Origin: Chrysemys picta bellii
Lineage: Eukaryota
Length of the DNA stretch: 64,000 nucleotides
Direction: 5' to 3'
Assembly: GCF_011386835.1 (NCBI RefSeq)
Contig: NC_088791.1
Span: forward strand, 275,590,001 to 275,654,000
The notes beneath the pieces were generated by a model. The model searched no databases and was not told where the DNA came from. It saw only the letters and a list, made by a program, of their open reading frames with translations. A program made the translations under genes and the position numbers. This document shows, one piece after another, positions 62,514 through 64,000 of this stretch (positions within the stretch are counted from its first letter, which is position 1; every line of letters begins with the position of its first letter).

Positions 62514-64000
62514 TAGGGCTGTTTATTAATCATAGTTAACTCATGCGATTAACTCAAAAAATTAATTGCGATTAATCACAGTTTTAATCGCACTGTTAAA
62601 CAATAAAATACCAGTTGAAATGTATTAAATATTTTTGGATGTTTTTCTACATTTTCAAATATATTGATTTCAGTTACAACACAGATTACAAAGTGTACTG
62701 TGCTCACTTTATATGATTATTTTTTATTACAAATATTTCCACTGTAAAAATGATCAACAAAAGAAATACAGTAGTATTTTTCAGTTCACCTCATGCAAGT
62801 ACTGTAGTGCAATCTCTTTATTGTGAAAATGCAACTTACAAATGTAGATTTTTTTTTTTGTTACATAGCTGCACTCAAAAACAAAACTATGCAAAACTTT
62901 AGAGCTTACAAGTCCACACAGTCCTACTTCTTGTTCAGCCAATCACTAAGATAAACAAGTTTGTTTACATTTACGGGATATAATGCTGCCCACTTCTTAT
63001 TTACAATGTCACACGAAAGTGAGAACAGGTGTTCACATGAGACTTTTGTAGCCGGCATTGCAAGGTATTTATGTGCCAGATATGCTAAACATTCATATGC
63101 CTCTTCACGCTTCGGCCACCATTCCAGAGGACATGCTTCCATGCTGATGATGCTCATTAAAAAAATGTGTTAATTAAATTTGGGACTGAACTCCTTGGGG
63201 AAGAATTGTATGTCTCTGGCTCTGTTTTACTAGCATTCTGCCATATATTTCATGTTTTATAGTAGTCTCGGATGATGATTCAGCACATGTTGTTCATTTT
63301 AAGAACATTTTTGCTGCAGATTTGACAAAATGCAAAGAAGGTACCCATGTGAGATTTCTAAAGATAGCTACAGCACTCGACCCAAGGTTTAAGAATCTGA
63401 AGTGCCTTCCAAAATCTTATCTGGATGGGGTGTGTGGAGCATACTTTCAGAAGTCTTAAAAGAGCAACACTCCGATTCAGAAACTACAGAACTCAAACCA
63501 CCAAACAAGAAAATCAACCTTCGGTTGGTGGCATCTGACTCAGATTATGAAAATGAACATGCGTCGGTCTGCACTGCTTTGGATTGTTATCGAGCAGAAC
63601 TTGTCATTAGCATGCACGCATGTCCTGTGGAATGGTGGATGAAGCATGAAGTGATATATGAATCTTGTAAATATCTTGCGACGCCGGTTACAACAGTGCC
63701 ATGCGAATGCCTGTTCTCACGTTCTGGTGACATTGTGAGCAAGAAGCGGGCAGCATTATCTCCTGCAAATGTAAACAAACTTGTTTGTCTGAGCGATTGG
63801 CTGAACAAGAAATAGGACTGAGTGGACTTGTAGGCTCCAAAGTTTTACATTATTTTATATTTTAATGCAGTTATTTTTTGTACATAAGTCTACATTTGTA
63901 AGTTCAACTTTCATAATTAAGCAATTGCACTACAGTACTTGTATTAGGTGAATTGAAAAATATTTTTTGGTTTTTTTTTTTACAGTGGAAATATTTGTAA
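62514..64000. mobile_element. Foldback hAT element with two inverted copies of the transposase C-terminus; runs off the window
   Basis: Starts TAGGGCTG with GCGATTAA subterminal repeats. ORFs 62924-63157 (-) and 63402-63815 (+) both encode the hAT dimerisation region (EWW...KYLA.P...C..LFS...VNKLV.LSDWLNKK). Confidence 0.9.

Overview
Vertebrate genomic DNA, almost certainly from a turtle (tRNA-derived Pol III/SINE with a CR1 tail, CR1 LINEs, abundant hAT and Harbinger elements). Bases ~1-38,000 hold the 3' half of TBC1D4 (AS160, Rab-GAP) on the + strand. Nine coding exons can be read with canonical GT-AG ends and consistent phases: 8618-8778, 9717-9926, 15211-15369, 16222-16380, 17755-17999, 26387-26546, 29504-29673, 31531-31707 and 35512-35745 (557 aa in the window, probably equivalent to human exons 13-21). 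I also see a candidate 3-nt microexon (AAG, 12634-12636). The introns carry many hAT MITEs with perfect 8-bp target-site duplications (TSDs), an L1 remnant split by a hAT element, CR1/L2/MIR remnants and LTRs. No further host gene is recognisable downstream. Bases 40370-51670 are one decayed Ty3/Gypsy provirus (both LTRs, 5-bp TSD) interrupted by seven inserted segments. One of these is a 4.2-kb Harbinger whose transposase has five nonsense codons while its spliced Myb/SANT partner ORF is intact. A foldback hAT element runs off the right end. All calls come from reading the sequence; no database search was run, so repeat family names are provisional.
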